From an uncultured Planctomycetaceae bacterium (GTDB taxonomy: Bacteria > Planctomycetota > Planctomycetia > Planctomycetales > Planctomycetaceae): a DNA stretch of 64,000 nt. Below the pieces are notes generated by a model. The model made no database searches and was not told the DNA's origin. It worked only from the letters and a program-made list of their open reading frames with translations. Location of the stretch: positions 576,001 through 640,000 of the forward strand of contig CAWFGE010000012.1 of NCBI GenBank assembly GCA_963815195.1, given 5' to 3'. Shown here one piece after another: positions 39,202-50,664 of the stretch. A program made the position numbers and the translations under genes. The stretch's first letter is position 1. Every line of letters starts with the position of its first letter.

Positions 39202-40923
39202 ATGTCTACGTCGAACAGCATTCGCAGAACGAGACATCTCGGAAAAGGCGCAATCATTCTGGGAGGCCTGATCCTCGCGGCCGCCACAATCAGCCAGGCG
39301 GCGGAGCGGGAAAACAAACAGCCCGCCGCCCAGAAAGCGGAGGCGGTCGCCGGGCGGGAAATCTTCATGCGGGAATGGTTGCCGAACGATCCCCGCAGCC
39401 ACGGCGGCGACGGCTTGGGGCCGGTGTATAACGACAGCTCCTGCGTCGCCTGCCATAACCAAGGGGGCGCGGGGGGCGGGGGGCCTGCCAGCAAAAATGT
39501 GAACATCGTCTCGGCCACCTTCAATGTGCCCATCCAGCAGATGGTCCGTCCCCGGCCAGGCCTCGCGGAATCGCTGGTCCGCACGATCTTCGGTCTCCAT
39601 CAACCCGCCCCATTCGGCGAACCCTTGTCCAAAGAGGACCTGCAAAAACGCCGCAAGCAGCTCGTTCAAGAAATCACGAACCTCCACCCCGGCTTCCGCA
39701 CCGCGAACAGCGTGGTGATCCATCACTTCGGCAACAACGAGCAATACGAAACCTGGAAATCCAACCTGCTCTCGTCCGACGAGGCGATTTTCGAAAGTGG
39801 CGGCTTTGAAACAGTCGCGATCCAGCGGGAAATCATCATGGCGGATCGAGCAGTCGCCGAAGCACGAGTGGCGGAGGCCGTTGCCCATTCGGAAGGTGCG
39901 GCAGAAGCCCGTCCGAATCCGATCGACATGCAGCGGGGGCGAAACCGCTTGCAGCGGGTCAAGTCGCGGGTGCAGCCTGTGGTGCTTTCTTCCGCCCGGC
40001 AGCATGGGAACTTTGGCCTGTCTCAGTCGCAGCGGAATGCGACCGCGCTGTTCGGAGCGGGCGTGATCGATGCCGTGCCCGACAAGGTCTTGGAAGAAGC
40101 CGCGAAGAAAAAGTATCAAGACTATCCTGAAGTCTCCGGCCGGGTCGCGAGATTGCCGGGCGGCAAGATCGGGCGGTTTGGGTGGAAGGCTCAGAAAGCT
40201 TCGTTGCGGGATTTCACCGTGACCGCGTGTGCCGTGGAGTTGGGCCTCCATGTCCCGGAACATCCGCAATCGGGCGATCCCAACAAACCCGAATACAAAC
40301 CCGCCGGCTTCGATTTGACCCGCGGGGAATGCGACGCGTTGGTCGAATACATCCGGGACCTGCCCGCCCCGGCGATGCGAACCGCCTCGCATCCGATGGA
40401 GAAGAAGTTCTTGGAAGAAGGCCGCACGCTGATGGCGAAAGTCGGTTGCACGGCCTGCCATACCGAAAAGCTCGGCGAGGCCCAGGGCCTCTACAGCGAC
40501 CTGTTGGTGCATGACATGGGCGGCGAACTCGGCGACACCGGCAGCTACGGCGTGTTTCTGCCCGATTCGCCCGGCGGCGACGACGGCAGTCCCGTCCCGC
40601 CGATCACCCAACTGACCAAACCGCTCGGGCACGAAGCGCCCACGCTGCTCAATCGCTCGGCCACACATCCCGAAGAGGCGAAAGATTTCATCGGCGTGAC
40701 CCGCCTGGAATGGCGGACGCCGGCTTTGTGGGGCGTGCGGGACTCGGCTCCCTACCTGCACGACGGCCGGGCGGACACGCTCGAACAAGCCATTGCCATG
40801 CACGGCGGCGAAGGTTCGAAATCGGCCCTCGGGTTCTTCGCCTTGGATCCCAAGGACCAGCAGAAAGTTGTCTTCTTCCTCAAATCGCTCTCCGCACCCG
40901 CCGCCACCGTTGCGGAACGCTGA
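39202..40923 (+). CDS. Di-haem oxidoreductase (DHOR/DUF1111-like), exported c-type cytochrome
   Basis: GDGLGPVYN..SCVACH, GRFGWKA, GCTACH, YSDLLVHDMG, EWRTPALWG, YLHDGRA..LEQAI..HGGE. Confidence 0.88.
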   Translation: MSTSNSIRRTRHLGKGAIILGGLILAAATISQAAERENKQPAAQKAEAVAGREIFMREWLPNDPRSHGGDGLGPVYNDSSCVACHNQGGAGGGGPASKNVNIVSATFNVPIQQMVRPRPGLAESLVRTIFGLHQPAPFGEPLSKEDLQKRRKQLVQEITNLHPGFRTANSVVIHHFGNNEQYETWKSNLLSSDEAIFESGGFETVAIQREIIMADRAVAEARVAEAVAHSEGAAEARPNPIDMQRGRNRLQRVKSRVQPVVLSSARQHGNFGLSQSQRNATALFGAGVIDAVPDKVLEEAAKKKYQDYPEVSGRVARLPGGKIGRFGWKAQKASLRDFTVTACAVELGLHVPEHPQSGDPNKPEYKPAGFDLTRGECDALVEYIRDLPAPAMRTASHPMEKKFLEEGRTLMAKVGCTACHTEKLGEAQGLYSDLLVHDMGGELGDTGSYGVFLPDSPGGDDGSPVPPITQLTKPLGHEAPTLLNRSATHPEEAKDFIGVTRLEWRTPALWGVRDSAPYLHDGRADTLEQAIAMHGGEGSKSALGFFALDPKDQQKVVFFLKSLSAPAATVAER

Positions 40924-40938
40924 GCGATGACGACAATG

Positions 40939-40994
40939 AAATAAAAACGTCCAAAGCCCGGTTGCTTCGCCGCAGCCGGGTTTCGTTTTTATTT
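40939..40994 (+). terminator. Intrinsic (possibly bidirectional) terminator
   Basis: AAATAAAAACG..CCCGGTTGC-loop-GCAGCCGGG..CGTTTTTATTT. Confidence 0.7.
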
Positions 40995-41119
40995 CGTAGC
41001 GTGGTAGGTTGTCCCATAGGAGTCAGATCTGGTGTGGCGATCGCATAGACCACGCCCTTCGTTCCTCAGGGACGTGCCACCCGCGCCGTTTTTCCTCAAC
41101 GACAAGAAACTTTCCGCCC

Positions 41120-42298
41120 ATGATTCGCCAAATCTTTGTTGCGCTCGTGCTTTGTGTCGGCGTCGCTTCCATTTCCGCTTCGGAGCCGGCGAAAAAACTG
41201 CCGGTGGTCGGTCCGGAAGCGGCGGGGATGATTCCCGATCGTCTCAAAGCGATCGATCGGATTGTGGAAGAAGGCCTCGAGCGAAAACGCATGCCGGGCG
41301 CGGTGGTCGTGGTCGGACATCAGGGAAAGATCGTGCACCGGAAGGCGTATGGGTTTCGCGAAATCGAGCCCGTCCAATTGCCGATGACCGTGGACACCGT
41401 GTTCGACCTGGCTTCGCTCACCAAACCGATTGCCACTGCGACCAGCGTGATGACCTTGATCGAAAAGGGCCAAATCAAACTCCACGAACCCGTCGCCACC
41501 TATCTGCCGAACTTCGCCCGGAACGGCAAAGAGAAGATCACGGTGTATCACCTCCTGACCCACCAGGGCGGTTTGATTCCCGATAATCCCATCGGCGATT
41601 ATAACGCCGGCCCCGCCAAGGCGTGGGACAACATCTGCGCCTTAAAGCCCGCCGCTTCGCCCGGCGAGCGGTTCATTTATAGCGATGTGGGATTTATCGT
41701 GCTGGGGAAGTTGATTGAAGAAGTCACCGGCAAAAGGGTGCACGAGTATTCGCAGGCAGCGATCTATGTCCCCTTGGGCATGAGCGAAACGGGCTACTTG
41801 CCGCGGGAGGAACTCAGGCAGCGGGCCGCAACGACCCAGGAACGGGACGGGCACCCGATGCGGGGCGAAGTCCATGATCCGCGGGCGTTTCTTTTGGAAG
41901 GCGTGGCCGGGCATGCGGGGCTGTTTTCCACCGCGGACGACTTGGCCGTCTATGCCCAGATGATGGTGCAGGGCGGCGAGTACCAAGGCGTGCGGATTCT
42001 GAAAACCCCAACCGCGGCGATGATGACCAAGGCCTACAACGTGCCCGGCGGCCTTCGCGGTTTGGGCTGGGACAAGAAATCGTCGTATTCGTCCAACCGC
42101 GGGGACCTGTTCACCGATGCCGCGTTCGGGCACGGCGGGTTCACGGGCACGGCGATCTGGATCGATCCCGCCCAGGAGTTGTTCGTGATTTTCTTGAGCA
42201 ACCGCGTGCACCCCGATGGCCGCGGCTCGGTGAACGCCCTCGCCGGCCGCATCGGCACCATCGCCGCCGCCGCGATCCGCCCCGCCGATTCCCGGTAG
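41120..42298 (+). CDS. Serine hydrolase, beta-lactamase class C-like
   Basis: FDLASLTK (SxxK), LLTH, YSD, GEVHDP, GHAGLFS, FGHGGFTG; signal peptide. Confidence 0.92.
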   Translation: MIRQIFVALVLCVGVASISASEPAKKLPVVGPEAAGMIPDRLKAIDRIVEEGLERKRMPGAVVVVGHQGKIVHRKAYGFREIEPVQLPMTVDTVFDLASLTKPIATATSVMTLIEKGQIKLHEPVATYLPNFARNGKEKITVYHLLTHQGGLIPDNPIGDYNAGPAKAWDNICALKPAASPGERFIYSDVGFIVLGKLIEEVTGKRVHEYSQAAIYVPLGMSETGYLPREELRQRAATTQERDGHPMRGEVHDPRAFLLEGVAGHAGLFSTADDLAVYAQMMVQGGEYQGVRILKTPTAAMMTKAYNVPGGLRGLGWDKKSSYSSNRGDLFTDAAFGHGGFTGTAIWIDPAQELFVIFLSNRVHPDGRGSVNALAGRIGTIAAAAIRPADSR

Positions 42299-42527
42299 CA
42301 AAACTCACAAAACTTTGCCCGCGGAACGAGGTAAGTGTTCCGTTCTTAACTGTCCTATCGGTTTCGACGGCGGCCGCGGGGCTGTGTTCAATCGGGCGGA
42401 CTCGATTTCTCCAAAGGAACGCTTGCGGGCGGGTTTGGTGCGGCTTTACGATAGAGTAGGAAAGCAGTCCTCCGGCGCACCGACCCGCGCGACGCCTCCC
42501 TTTTGTTCCATTCGGGAAGAAACCTCC

Positions 42528-42971
42528 GTGACGAAGTACAGCCTCTCCGCCGCCTCTTTGGTGACAGCGATTCCCGCGGCTTATCTCGCATATTTGCTGG
42601 TGATGACCTTTTTGCAGGAACCGGGCTTCAACAACCTGACTGGCCCCTTTCAAATCATCGCCGGGCTGACGTTGACCTTGGTCACGCTGATGGTGTTTAT
42701 GCCCGTGGGGATTCTGATCTTCGGCAAGAAACCGGTCAAAGCCGCCGAGCCGGAAAAATCCGCCGACGCCGAAGGCAAAGACGACGGCGAAGACCTCGCC
42801 GTGGAAGACGAGGACGACTTCGGCGAAAGCAAAGATGACTTGGAGGTGGCCGGCGAAGCGGACATGTTCGAAGACGAGGGAGCCGAGTTTGAAGACGACG
42901 GCTTGGACGAGGACCTCGACGATTTCGAAGACGACGGCTTCGATGACTTCGACGATGATGAATTCAAATAA
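42528..42971 (+). CDS. Two-helix membrane protein with highly acidic C-terminal tail
   Basis: Two hydrophobic segments then a D/E/F-rich tail; GTG start inferred. Confidence 0.7.
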   Translation: MTKYSLSAASLVTAIPAAYLAYLLVMTFLQEPGFNNLTGPFQIIAGLTLTLVTLMVFMPVGILIFGKKPVKAAEPEKSADAEGKDDGEDLAVEDEDDFGESKDDLEVAGEADMFEDEGAEFEDDGLDEDLDDFEDDGFDDFDDDEFK

Positions 42972-43001
42972 CCATCGTTTAAGGATTGTTCGAGAAACAA
43001 C

Positions 43002-43147
43002 TGAGCGGAATGGCGCTAGCCGCCGGCTTGCGGAATGGCGCTAGCCACCGGCTTGCGGAATGGCGCTAGCCACCGGCTTGTGGAATGGCGCTAGCCGCCC
43101 GGTGGTCGTGGAGCGTGAAAAGCCGGCGGCTGACGCCGTGCCGCTCA
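43002..43147. repeat. REP element whose left arm is tandemly amplified (4 x 25 bp)
   Basis: GCGGAATGGCGCTAGCC(G/A)CCGGCTT at 43005, 43030, 43055, 43080; right arm AGCCGGCGGCTGACGCCGTGCCGCTCA. Confidence 0.85.
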
Positions 43148-43179
43148 ATGAATTGGGAACCCTGATTCTCGAACAATCG

Positions 43180-44067
43180 CTAACTGCTCGCGCTGCGGTA
43201 GCTGCGAAGCGACCAATTAAAGACCGCCCGCGAGATCACGAGCGCCAAAAGCGGCGCAACAACGGCGACCCCGACCAGCCAGGCGGGATCGAGCGGTTTG
43301 GATAACAGCACCCGCGCGGGGACCGTCACCACGAGCAGAATCGGGATGATGTAGCTGAAGGAGAACTGCAATGCATCGCCCGCCCCCCATTCGGACATCC
43401 CGCCGGGCGTCTGGCCCCTTTCGCCGCTGCCGTAGATGCTCCGCGGATACCGCGCGAAGACGGTGATGTAAAACCAGAAATCATAAAGCCCCTGGTTCCG
43501 CCCGAACCAGATGCTCGTGCTCGCGAGAATGATCATCAGGCTGTAAAAAAACGTCACGCCCGCCGCAATCAAGAGCAAATACATGAAGACGTCGCCCGCG
43601 GAAATCGCCTCGGCCAACTGCCCCGTCTCCCGCATGCGGTGGATGGAATAGCTCAAAAGCCCCCCGGCGAGCACGATCTGGTTCAGGTTCGCGATGTCCA
43701 CCTTCTCGAACGAAATCAAGAACTGCGTGTCGATGGGTTTGAGGAGGGCGAAATCCAGGTTGCCGGTGCGGATCAACTCGCTGAAGTTCGCGCAGTTGGG
43801 CATGAAGAACGTTTCGACGATGGCGTTGATCAGCATGCCCGTCGCCATGAACGCGAAGTATTCCTCGCGGGTCCAATCGTTGATGGAGTTCACGTTCGAA
43901 TAAATGATCTCGAACAGCGTGAGTTGGGCCCCGAACCAGAACGCCCGCGTTAAGACGGTGATCAGAAAATTCCCCCGAAAGGTCATCTCCCGCACGAGCG
44001 CGTTCCGCAAGAACGTCCAAAACACGCGGCCGTAGTGGGGATGCGTCGTGGGTTTGTTATCGAGCAT
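43180..44067 (-). CDS. ABC-2 family permease (DUF990-like)
   Basis: [39 protein letters not shown]-terminus. Confidence 0.85.
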   Translation of the reverse strand: MLDNKPTTHPHYGRVFWTFLRNALVREMTFRGNFLITVLTRAFWFGAQLTLFEIIYSNVNSINDWTREEYFAFMATGMLINAIVETFFMPNCANFSELIRTGNLDFALLKPIDTQFLISFEKVDIANLNQIVLAGGLLSYSIHRMRETGQLAEAISAGDVFMYLLLIAAGVTFFYSLMIILASTSIWFGRNQGLYDFWFYITVFARYPRSIYGSGERGQTPGGMSEWGAGDALQFSFSYIIPILLVVTVPARVLLSKPLDPAWLVGVAVVAPLLALVISRAVFNWSLRSYRSASS

Positions 44068-44151
44068 GGAATCTGAGCGAGAATAGAGGATGGAGGATTG
44101 AGGATAGAATAAACATCCCCCTTCCGTCCAGTTGCCTGCTCTTCGACTCTT

Positions 44152-45183
44152 TCACTCCGCCGCTTGGATTTCGCCGACTTGCCACACGGTTTCGCCGGCG
44201 TTCATGAGGGTCTCCCTCACGGTTTCGGCCTGTTCCGGGGCGACGATGACCCCAAAACCCACCCCGATGTTGAACACGCGGGCCATCTCCTTCGGGCTGA
44301 CCTGGCCGAGCGATGAGAACCACCGGTAAACCGCCGGCTGTGGCCAGGCGTTTTCTTCAATGTGCAATCGGCAGCTTTCGGGCAGGACGCGTTCGAGGTT
44401 CTCCACCAGCCCGCCACCCGTGATGTGGGCCATTCCGTGCACCGCCCCGGTTAGGGATTCTTCCCGCAACAGCTTGTTGACAGACTTCGCGTAAATCCGC
44501 GTGGGTGTTAAGAGCACTTCGCCCACGGTTCTCCCCAGTTCTTCGATCCGCTGGTCGATTTTTAAGCCCAGTTGATCGAACAAAACCTTGCGGAGCAGGC
44601 TGTAACCGTTGGAATGAAACCCGCTGGATGCGAGGCCGAGGACTTTATCTCCAGGGGCGATGTTTGAGCCGTCGATGAGTTGGCCCCGCTCCACGACCCC
44701 GACACAAAAACCCGCCATGTCGAAATCTTCGCCGGCGTACACGTCCGGCATGATCGCGGTTTCCCCGCCCAAAAGCGCGGCCCCGGCTTCCACGCAGCCC
44801 GTGCTCACGCCTTCCACCAGGTCGGCGATGAGATCCGGATTGTCCCGCCCGAGGGCCAGGTAATCCAAAAAGAACAACGGCTCGGCCCCGAGGCAGAGGC
44901 AATCGTTGACGCACATCGCCACCAGATCGATGCCCACGGTATTGAACTTCCTCGCTGCGAGGGCGACTTTGAGCTTTGTGCCCACGCCATCGGTGCCGGA
45001 GACGAGCACAGGATCGCGGTAACTCTTCCCGTCGCCCTGGAGCCGAAACAGCCCCGCGAAACCGCCGGGCAAATCCATGACCCGCCCGGTGTGCGTGCGG
45101 GCCATCAACCCCGGCAGCCGCTGCATCGCCTTTTGATACAGATCCAAATCGACGCCCGCATCTTTGTAACTGATCTCGCCCAT
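44152..45183 (-). CDS. purM: Phosphoribosylformylglycinamidine cyclo-ligase
   Basis: SYKDAGVD, GTDGVGTK, GIDLVAMCVND, GGETA, SSGFHSNGYSL, AHITGGG. Confidence 0.97.
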   Translation of the reverse strand: MGEISYKDAGVDLDLYQKAMQRLPGLMARTHTGRVMDLPGGFAGLFRLQGDGKSYRDPVLVSGTDGVGTKLKVALAARKFNTVGIDLVAMCVNDCLCLGAEPLFFLDYLALGRDNPDLIADLVEGVSTGCVEAGAALLGGETAIMPDVYAGEDFDMAGFCVGVVERGQLIDGSNIAPGDKVLGLASSGFHSNGYSLLRKVLFDQLGLKIDQRIEELGRTVGEVLLTPTRIYAKSVNKLLREESLTGAVHGMAHITGGGLVENLERVLPESCRLHIEENAWPQPAVYRWFSSLGQVSPKEMARVFNIGVGFGVIVAPEQAETVRETLMNAGETVWQVGEIQAAE

Positions 45184-45202
45184 CGCTTGGGACCTGTTTC
45201 CT

Positions 45203-45412
45203 TTAATGTTTTTTCGCGTCCATCAATTGATCGAGCGTCACAAAGCCATCGGTTTTATGGAGGCTCTTCGCCGGGCAACCCTGGCAGCCGCCGGCGTGGC
45301 AACCGCTGCCGGCGGGATTGCGGATCATCATCACAAACCGCCGGACCAACACCGCCACCGCGACGGCGACGCAGGTGAGTGCCAACAACGTTTGCATGTT
45401 CGCTTGATCCAT
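45203..45412 (-). CDS. FeoB-associated Cys-rich small membrane protein
   Basis: Single TM helix then GC..GGC.GC, downstream of feoB. Confidence 0.7.
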   Translation of the reverse strand: MDQANMQTLLALTCVAVAVAVLVRRFVMMIRNPAGSGCHAGGCQGCPAKSLHKTDGFVTLDQLMDAKKH

Positions 45413-45520
45413 TGGTTTTGACAATCCTGTGATTGAATTTTGCATCAGCCGCGAAATCGAGTTCGGTCGATCATTCTCTGGCGGGTGCCACTGCTGGCTC
45501 GCCCAGCAGTGCGTTTCTTG

Positions 45521-47720
45521 TCAAGTCACAAACATCATGCCGACCTGGTAGGTGACCAGCGCCGCAACATAGGCCAAAGCGGTCATGTAACCAAACGTAA
45601 ATGCCGGCCAGCGCCAACTGTTGGTTTCGCGGCGGATGGTCATCAAGGTCGCAGCGCATTGGGCGCACAACGCGAAGAACACCATGATCGACAAAGCCAC
45701 CGGTACGTTGAAGACTTTGCTGCCGTCGGGCCGGCGGGAGGCTTTTAGCTCGGCCATCAGGCTTTGGTCGGGCTCGTCGGTGGCCACATCGCTGCCCAGG
45801 CTGTAAATCGTGCCCAAGGTGGCGATGATCACTTCGCGAGCGGGAAACGAAGCGATCGCTCCCACGCCGATCCGCCAATCCCAACCCAACGGCTCCACCG
45901 CCGGCTCAATCGCCTGGCCCGCCTGCCCCAGGTAACTGTCTTTGATCAGCCGCCCGCTGAGCCGATTGTGCTCCGTGGAAAGCTCCGCGATCCTCGCTTC
46001 GGAGGTTTTGGGGTTTTCCATCTCGGCTTGGATCTCGTTGAGCTTCGCATGATCGCCGGGAAAATACCCGAGCGCCCAGACGACGACGCTCGTGGCGAAA
46101 ATCAGCGTGCCCGCGCGGGTGACGAAGGCTTTGCCGCGGTCGTATACTCGGCTCAAAACAATCCGAGGCGACGGCCATTTATAACTCGGCAATTCCATCA
46201 CAAACGGCGGCGTCTCGCCTTTGAAGAAAGTCTTTGTCAACAGCCACGCCACCGGAACCGCCACCAGCGCCCCCAGCGAAGACATCGCGAACAGCACCAA
46301 TCCCTGAAGGCCGACCAACCCGCCCAGGTAAGTCGTGCCGGGAATAAAGGCCGCGATCAGAATCAGATACACCGGCAGCCTCGCGGAGCAGCTCATCAAG
46401 GGGGCGATCAAAATGGTGACCATCCGGTCGCGGCGGTTCTCGATGACGCGGGTCGCCATCACGCCGGGGATCGCGCAGCGCGAACGAAGACATCAACGGC
46501 ACGAAGGATTTCCCGCTGAGGCCGATTTTGGTCATCAGCTTGTCCATCAAAAACGCCGCCCGCGCCATGTAGCCGCAGTCTTCCAAAAGGGCGATAAAGA
46601 AGAACAGGAACACGATCTGCGGCAGGAACACCAGGACGCCGCCCACGCCCGCGATCACGCCGTCCACGATCAAACTGCGAAACGCCCCCGGAGCGAGGTT
46701 CGCCACCACCTGGGCCGCGAGCCATTCCTGGCCGGCTTCGATCTGCTCCATAAACGGCCCGGCCCAGCGATAAATCGCCTGAAACACAATAAACATCATC
46801 ACGCAGAAAATGACGAGGCCCCACACGCGATGCGTTAAGATGCGGTCGATGCGGTCGCTGACGGTGGCGGGGCGTTCGGCGGGATGGGTGATCACGCCGC
46901 CCAAAATCTCGCGGACCCAGCCATACCGCATGCGGGCTTCCACGGCGGGAACGCGAAAGCCGGCGTCCTTGAGCCGCTGCCGGGCCGCCGAGAGATGCTC
47001 GCCCAAACCCGGCCCAATTTCGCGGGCGAATTGCAGCTCCACTTGGCCGCCGACGTCCAACAGCAACCGGTCGAGCAAATAGCTCGGCACGTCGCCCCAT
47101 TCCTTTTCTTTCAAATACGCCGCCAGGATGTCGCGCTCTTCCACGAACGGGGGCGGGAAAACTTCAAAGGTCGGCAGCGGCTTGTCTTGGGTGGTGGTGA
47201 GGATCGCGTCGCGAAGCTCCGCGAGTCCCCGCCGGCGGTGGGCTTCGGTCTTGACGACCGGGATGCCGAGCTTTTCCGAGAGCCGCCCGGCATCGATCGT
47301 GATCCCCCGCGACTCCGCCACGTCGCTCATGTTGAGCACCAACACCACCGGCTCGCCCAGGTCTAAAACCTGGCTGACGAGATACAGGTTCCGCTCCAAA
47401 TTCGCGGCATCGACGATGCAGACCACCGCATCCGGCCGCCCCACATCGTCCTGTCGGCCCAGAAGCACATCCACCGAGACCATCTCGTCCAAGGACCGCG
47501 GGGAGAGGCTGTAAGTTCCCGGCAGATCGACGAGCGAAATCCGCTGGCCTTCCCAGGTGACGTGGCCGACTTTCTTCTCGACCGTCACGCCGGGAAAGTT
47601 GCCGATGCGGGCATTCATCCCGGCGAGCGCATTAAACAGCGTGCTTTTGCCGGTGTTGGGGTTCCCGATCAAAGCCACGGTCAGCGGGCGGGTTTTGGGT
47701 TCTGGGGGAGCGAGGGACAT
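45521..47720 (-). CDS. feoB: Ferrous iron transporter B (frameshift near 46478)
   Basis: GNPNTGKS, GNFPGVTVE, DLPG.YSL, NMSD, LEDCGYMARAA, PLMSCSARLP, FVMELP, FFALCAQC. Confidence 0.95.
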
Positions 47721-47790
47721 ATGCGGTGGGCTTGTCGTGGTGGGGCGTTAGGTTTGGTCGGATTTCAGCGCTGCAGAGCGATGGAGTGAG

Positions 47791-47866
47791 GATAGAGGAT
47801 GGAGGATCGCCTGGGGGAAGATGCCGGATTGTTCTTGCTATTTCTACTCCACCCTCCATCCTCATC
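47791..47866. repeat. Heptameric GAGGAT(A/G) inverted repeat (related half-copy at 44081-44109)
   Basis: GATAGAGGATGGAGG ... CCTCCATCCTCATC. Confidence 0.6.
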
Positions 47867-47913
47867 TGGAATGCAGGGTTGTGTTCGAGGAAGAGAAATC
47901 CGCCGATGCAGAA

Positions 47914-48951
47914 TCAGGCGGCGAGGCGAGACTGGCGGAGTTGGTCCACGGTGACGGCGGAAACGATGATCAGGCCGAGGATCATGTCCTGGTAGGCATT
48001 GTCGATGCCCAACAGCGTGCAGCCGCTTTGGATCACATAAATAATGGCCGCCCCGGTAAGGGTGCCGATGACGGAGCCGCGGCCGCCGCTCAAGCTGCCG
48101 CCGCCGATGACGACCGCCGCGATGATCCGCAATTCCTCGCCGGTCCCCGAGGTCGGGTTGCCGACTTTGGTCTGGGCGAACAAATACAATCCCCCCACGC
48201 CCACGAAGAAGCCGGACAGGGTGTAAACCGCGATCTTGTTGAGGGGGATATTGATCCCGCACAGCCGGGCGGTGGATTCGTTCGATCCCAGGGCAAACAC
48301 ATACCGGCTGAACACGGAATAGCGGAGCATCAACACCATCAGCACGGCGAGCCCGAACAAAATCCAAATCCCCAGCGGAAACCCGGCGATCAAGGCTTTC
48401 GAGCGGATGCTCAAAAAATCCTGCAGCCATTCCGGGATTTGCTCCTGATGATCCAAATGGATCGTGCCGCCGGCGGCGACTTTCTTGGCGATGCCCAGGA
48501 AGATCGTCATGGTTCCCAAGGTCACGATAAACGGGACCACGCGGAGGAGGCTGATGAGGACGCCGTTCAACAGCCCGCACAAACAGCCGGCCCCGATCGC
48601 CGCGAACACCGCCAGGAAGGGATTCCAACCCAGTTTCAGACCGGCGGCGAGCACCGTGGAGCACAGCGCGATCGCCGTCCCCGCGGAGAGATCGATCCCG
48701 CCTGAGATAATCACCACGGTCATTCCGAGCGCGGCCACGCCGACCATCGCGGTGGCCACCGCAATGGACTGCACGTTCCGCTCGGAAAAAAACGTGGGCC
48801 GGGAACTCCATAAAACATCCGTCACGCCGAAGAACAGAAACACCAACCCCAGCGCCAGAAACGGGCCGAGGACATTACCTACTAGACTAATCGGCAGACG
48901 CCTCCGCGTCAATTGAGATTGAGTCTCTGTTTCAGATTTGCTTGACATCAA
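47914..48951 (-). CDS. Sugar ABC transporter permease (RbsC-like)
   Basis: [43 protein letters not shown]. Confidence 0.93.
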   Translation of the reverse strand: MMSSKSETETQSQLTRRRLPISLVGNVLGPFLALGLVFLFFGVTDVLWSSRPTFFSERNVQSIAVATAMVGVAALGMTVVIISGGIDLSAGTAIALCSTVLAAGLKLGWNPFLAVFAAIGAGCLCGLLNGVLISLLRVVPFIVTLGTMTIFLGIAKKVAAGGTIHLDHQEQIPEWLQDFLSIRSKALIAGFPLGIWILFGLAVLMVLMLRYSVFSRYVFALGSNESTARLCGINIPLNKIAVYTLSGFFVGVGGLYLFAQTKVGNPTSGTGEELRIIAAVVIGGGSLSGGRGSVIGTLTGAAIIYVIQSGCTLLGIDNAYQDMILGLIIVSAVTVDQLRQSRLAA

Positions 48952-49040
48952 AAGGATTTCCTCGAGGAACCGCTTGCCCTTCTTGCCCCATCATAACCCG
49001 AAGCGCAAGCGACGCAATCAGTTCAGGGCTCTTCGCCCGG

Positions 49041-50528
49041 CTAATCCGCGGTGATCGCGAGTCGCATCACGGCTTCTGCGGTCCATTCGGACGCCGGTTT
49101 GACCGCCCGGAGCCGGCCGCGGGCCATCACGGCGACTCGGTCGCAAATCGCGAGCAGTTCGGTCAGATAGGAACTCACAAAGAGAATCGCCTTGCCCTCG
49201 GCCGCGAGTTCGCCCATCAGCCGGTAGATTTCGGATTTCGTGCCCACGTCGATGCCCCGGGTTGGCTCATCCAGCAGCAGAACGTCGGCGTCCTGGTGCA
49301 TCACGCGGGCGATGGCGACCTTCTGCTGATTTCCGCCGGAGAGTTCCTGGATCGACTGCTCCTGCGAATGGTACTTGACGTGCAATCGCTCAAGCCAGCG
49401 GGCGACTTCCTGCCGGCGTTTGCCGAGGTTCAGCCAACCGGCCCGGCTGTAAGGGTCCAACCGGCTGTAGGTGAGGTTATCCGCCAGCGACCGCGATTGG
49501 GCCAAGCCTTCGCCTTTGCGGTCTTCGGAGACGAGTCCCAGGCCCGCCTGGATTCGCGATTTGGGATTGGACCGCGGAGAGAACTGGGCGATTTTCACCC
49601 GGCCCTGCTCCACGGCATCGAGGCCGAACAGACACCTTAAAAGTTCCGTCCGCCCCGCACCGACCAGCCCGGAAATCCCCAGAATCTCGCCCCGGCGGAC
49701 TTCCAGGCTCACATCCCGCGGGATCCGCTGCCCGCTGAGATTTTCGACCCTCAGCAAAACGTCTCCCGGCTGATGGGGGACCTGCGGAAAGAGGTCTTCC
49801 ACCGTGCGGCCGACCATCAGCGAGACGATTTCCGCCTCGGTGGTCTGTTCCAAAAGCCCGCTGCCGACGGACTCGCCGTCCCGCAGCACCACGAAGCGGT
49901 CGCCGACCTCGCGGATCTCCTCCAGGAAATGGCTGATATAGATCACGCCCATCCCGGAGGCTTTGAGCTTCTGGATCACCTCGAACAGATGGGCCGCATC
50001 CTGCTGGGTGAGGGAACTCGTCGGTTCATCGAACACGATGACTTTCGATTCGCTGGCCAGCACGCGGGCGATCTCGACCAACTGCTGCACGCCCACCGAC
50101 AACCGCCCCACCGGGACTTCCGGTTTGAGATCGGGATGGCCCAACAGGTCCAGCGCCTCGTGCACCTTCCGGCGTTGCTCCCGGCGGTTCAAAAGCCCGA
50201 GCCGCGACCGCTCCTGGCCGAGCATGATGTTGTCTTCCACACTCAGGTCGGCGGCGAGGTTCAGTTCCTGATAGATCATCCCCACCCCGGCCTCTCGAGC
50301 CGCGTGCGGACCGGCGGGACCATAACGTTTGCCGGCCAATTCCATCCAACCGGCATCGGGAGCGTGCGCGCCGCTCAAGACCTTCATCAGCGTGCTCTTG
50401 CCCGCTCCGTTTTCGCCGATGAGCGCGAGCACCTCTCCCGCGCGGACCTCCAGCGAAACCCCGCGAAGCGCCCGCGTCGCTCCGAATCGCTTCTGGATGC
50501 CCTCCATCTTTAACAACGACGCGGTCAT
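49041..50528 (-). CDS. Sugar ABC transporter ATP-binding protein (RbsA-like, double NBD)
   Basis: GENGAGKSTL, DEPTSSL, EDRKGEGL, LSGGNQQK, LLDEPTRGIDVG. Confidence 0.95.
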   Translation of the reverse strand: MTASLLKMEGIQKRFGATRALRGVSLEVRAGEVLALIGENGAGKSTLMKVLSGAHAPDAGWMELAGKRYGPAGPHAAREAGVGMIYQELNLAADLSVEDNIMLGQERSRLGLLNRREQRRKVHEALDLLGHPDLKPEVPVGRLSVGVQQLVEIARVLASESKVIVFDEPTSSLTQQDAAHLFEVIQKLKASGMGVIYISHFLEEIREVGDRFVVLRDGESVGSGLLEQTTEAEIVSLMVGRTVEDLFPQVPHQPGDVLLRVENLSGQRIPRDVSLEVRRGEILGISGLVGAGRTELLRCLFGLDAVEQGRVKIAQFSPRSNPKSRIQAGLGLVSEDRKGEGLAQSRSLADNLTYSRLDPYSRAGWLNLGKRRQEVARWLERLHVKYHSQEQSIQELSGGNQQKVAIARVMHQDADVLLLDEPTRGIDVGTKSEIYRLMGELAAEGKAILFVSSYLTELLAICDRVAVMARGRLRAVKPASEWTAEAVMRLAITAD

Positions 50529-50664
50529 GGAATTTTCCCTATGGATCGCCAAGAATATAACTTCAGCATTTGGGATCAACAGGCGAGCGGGGGGCGTAAG
50601 CCCCCTGGTTTTGTTAAATGGTTCAAAAAACTGAAGTTGTCTTCTTGGCGGTCCCGATCCACAA

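Noticed and set aside
43005..43102. CRISPR array from 25-bp repeats
   Set aside because: Repeats are head-to-tail with no spacers and match a REP arm seen at 18291 and 39005
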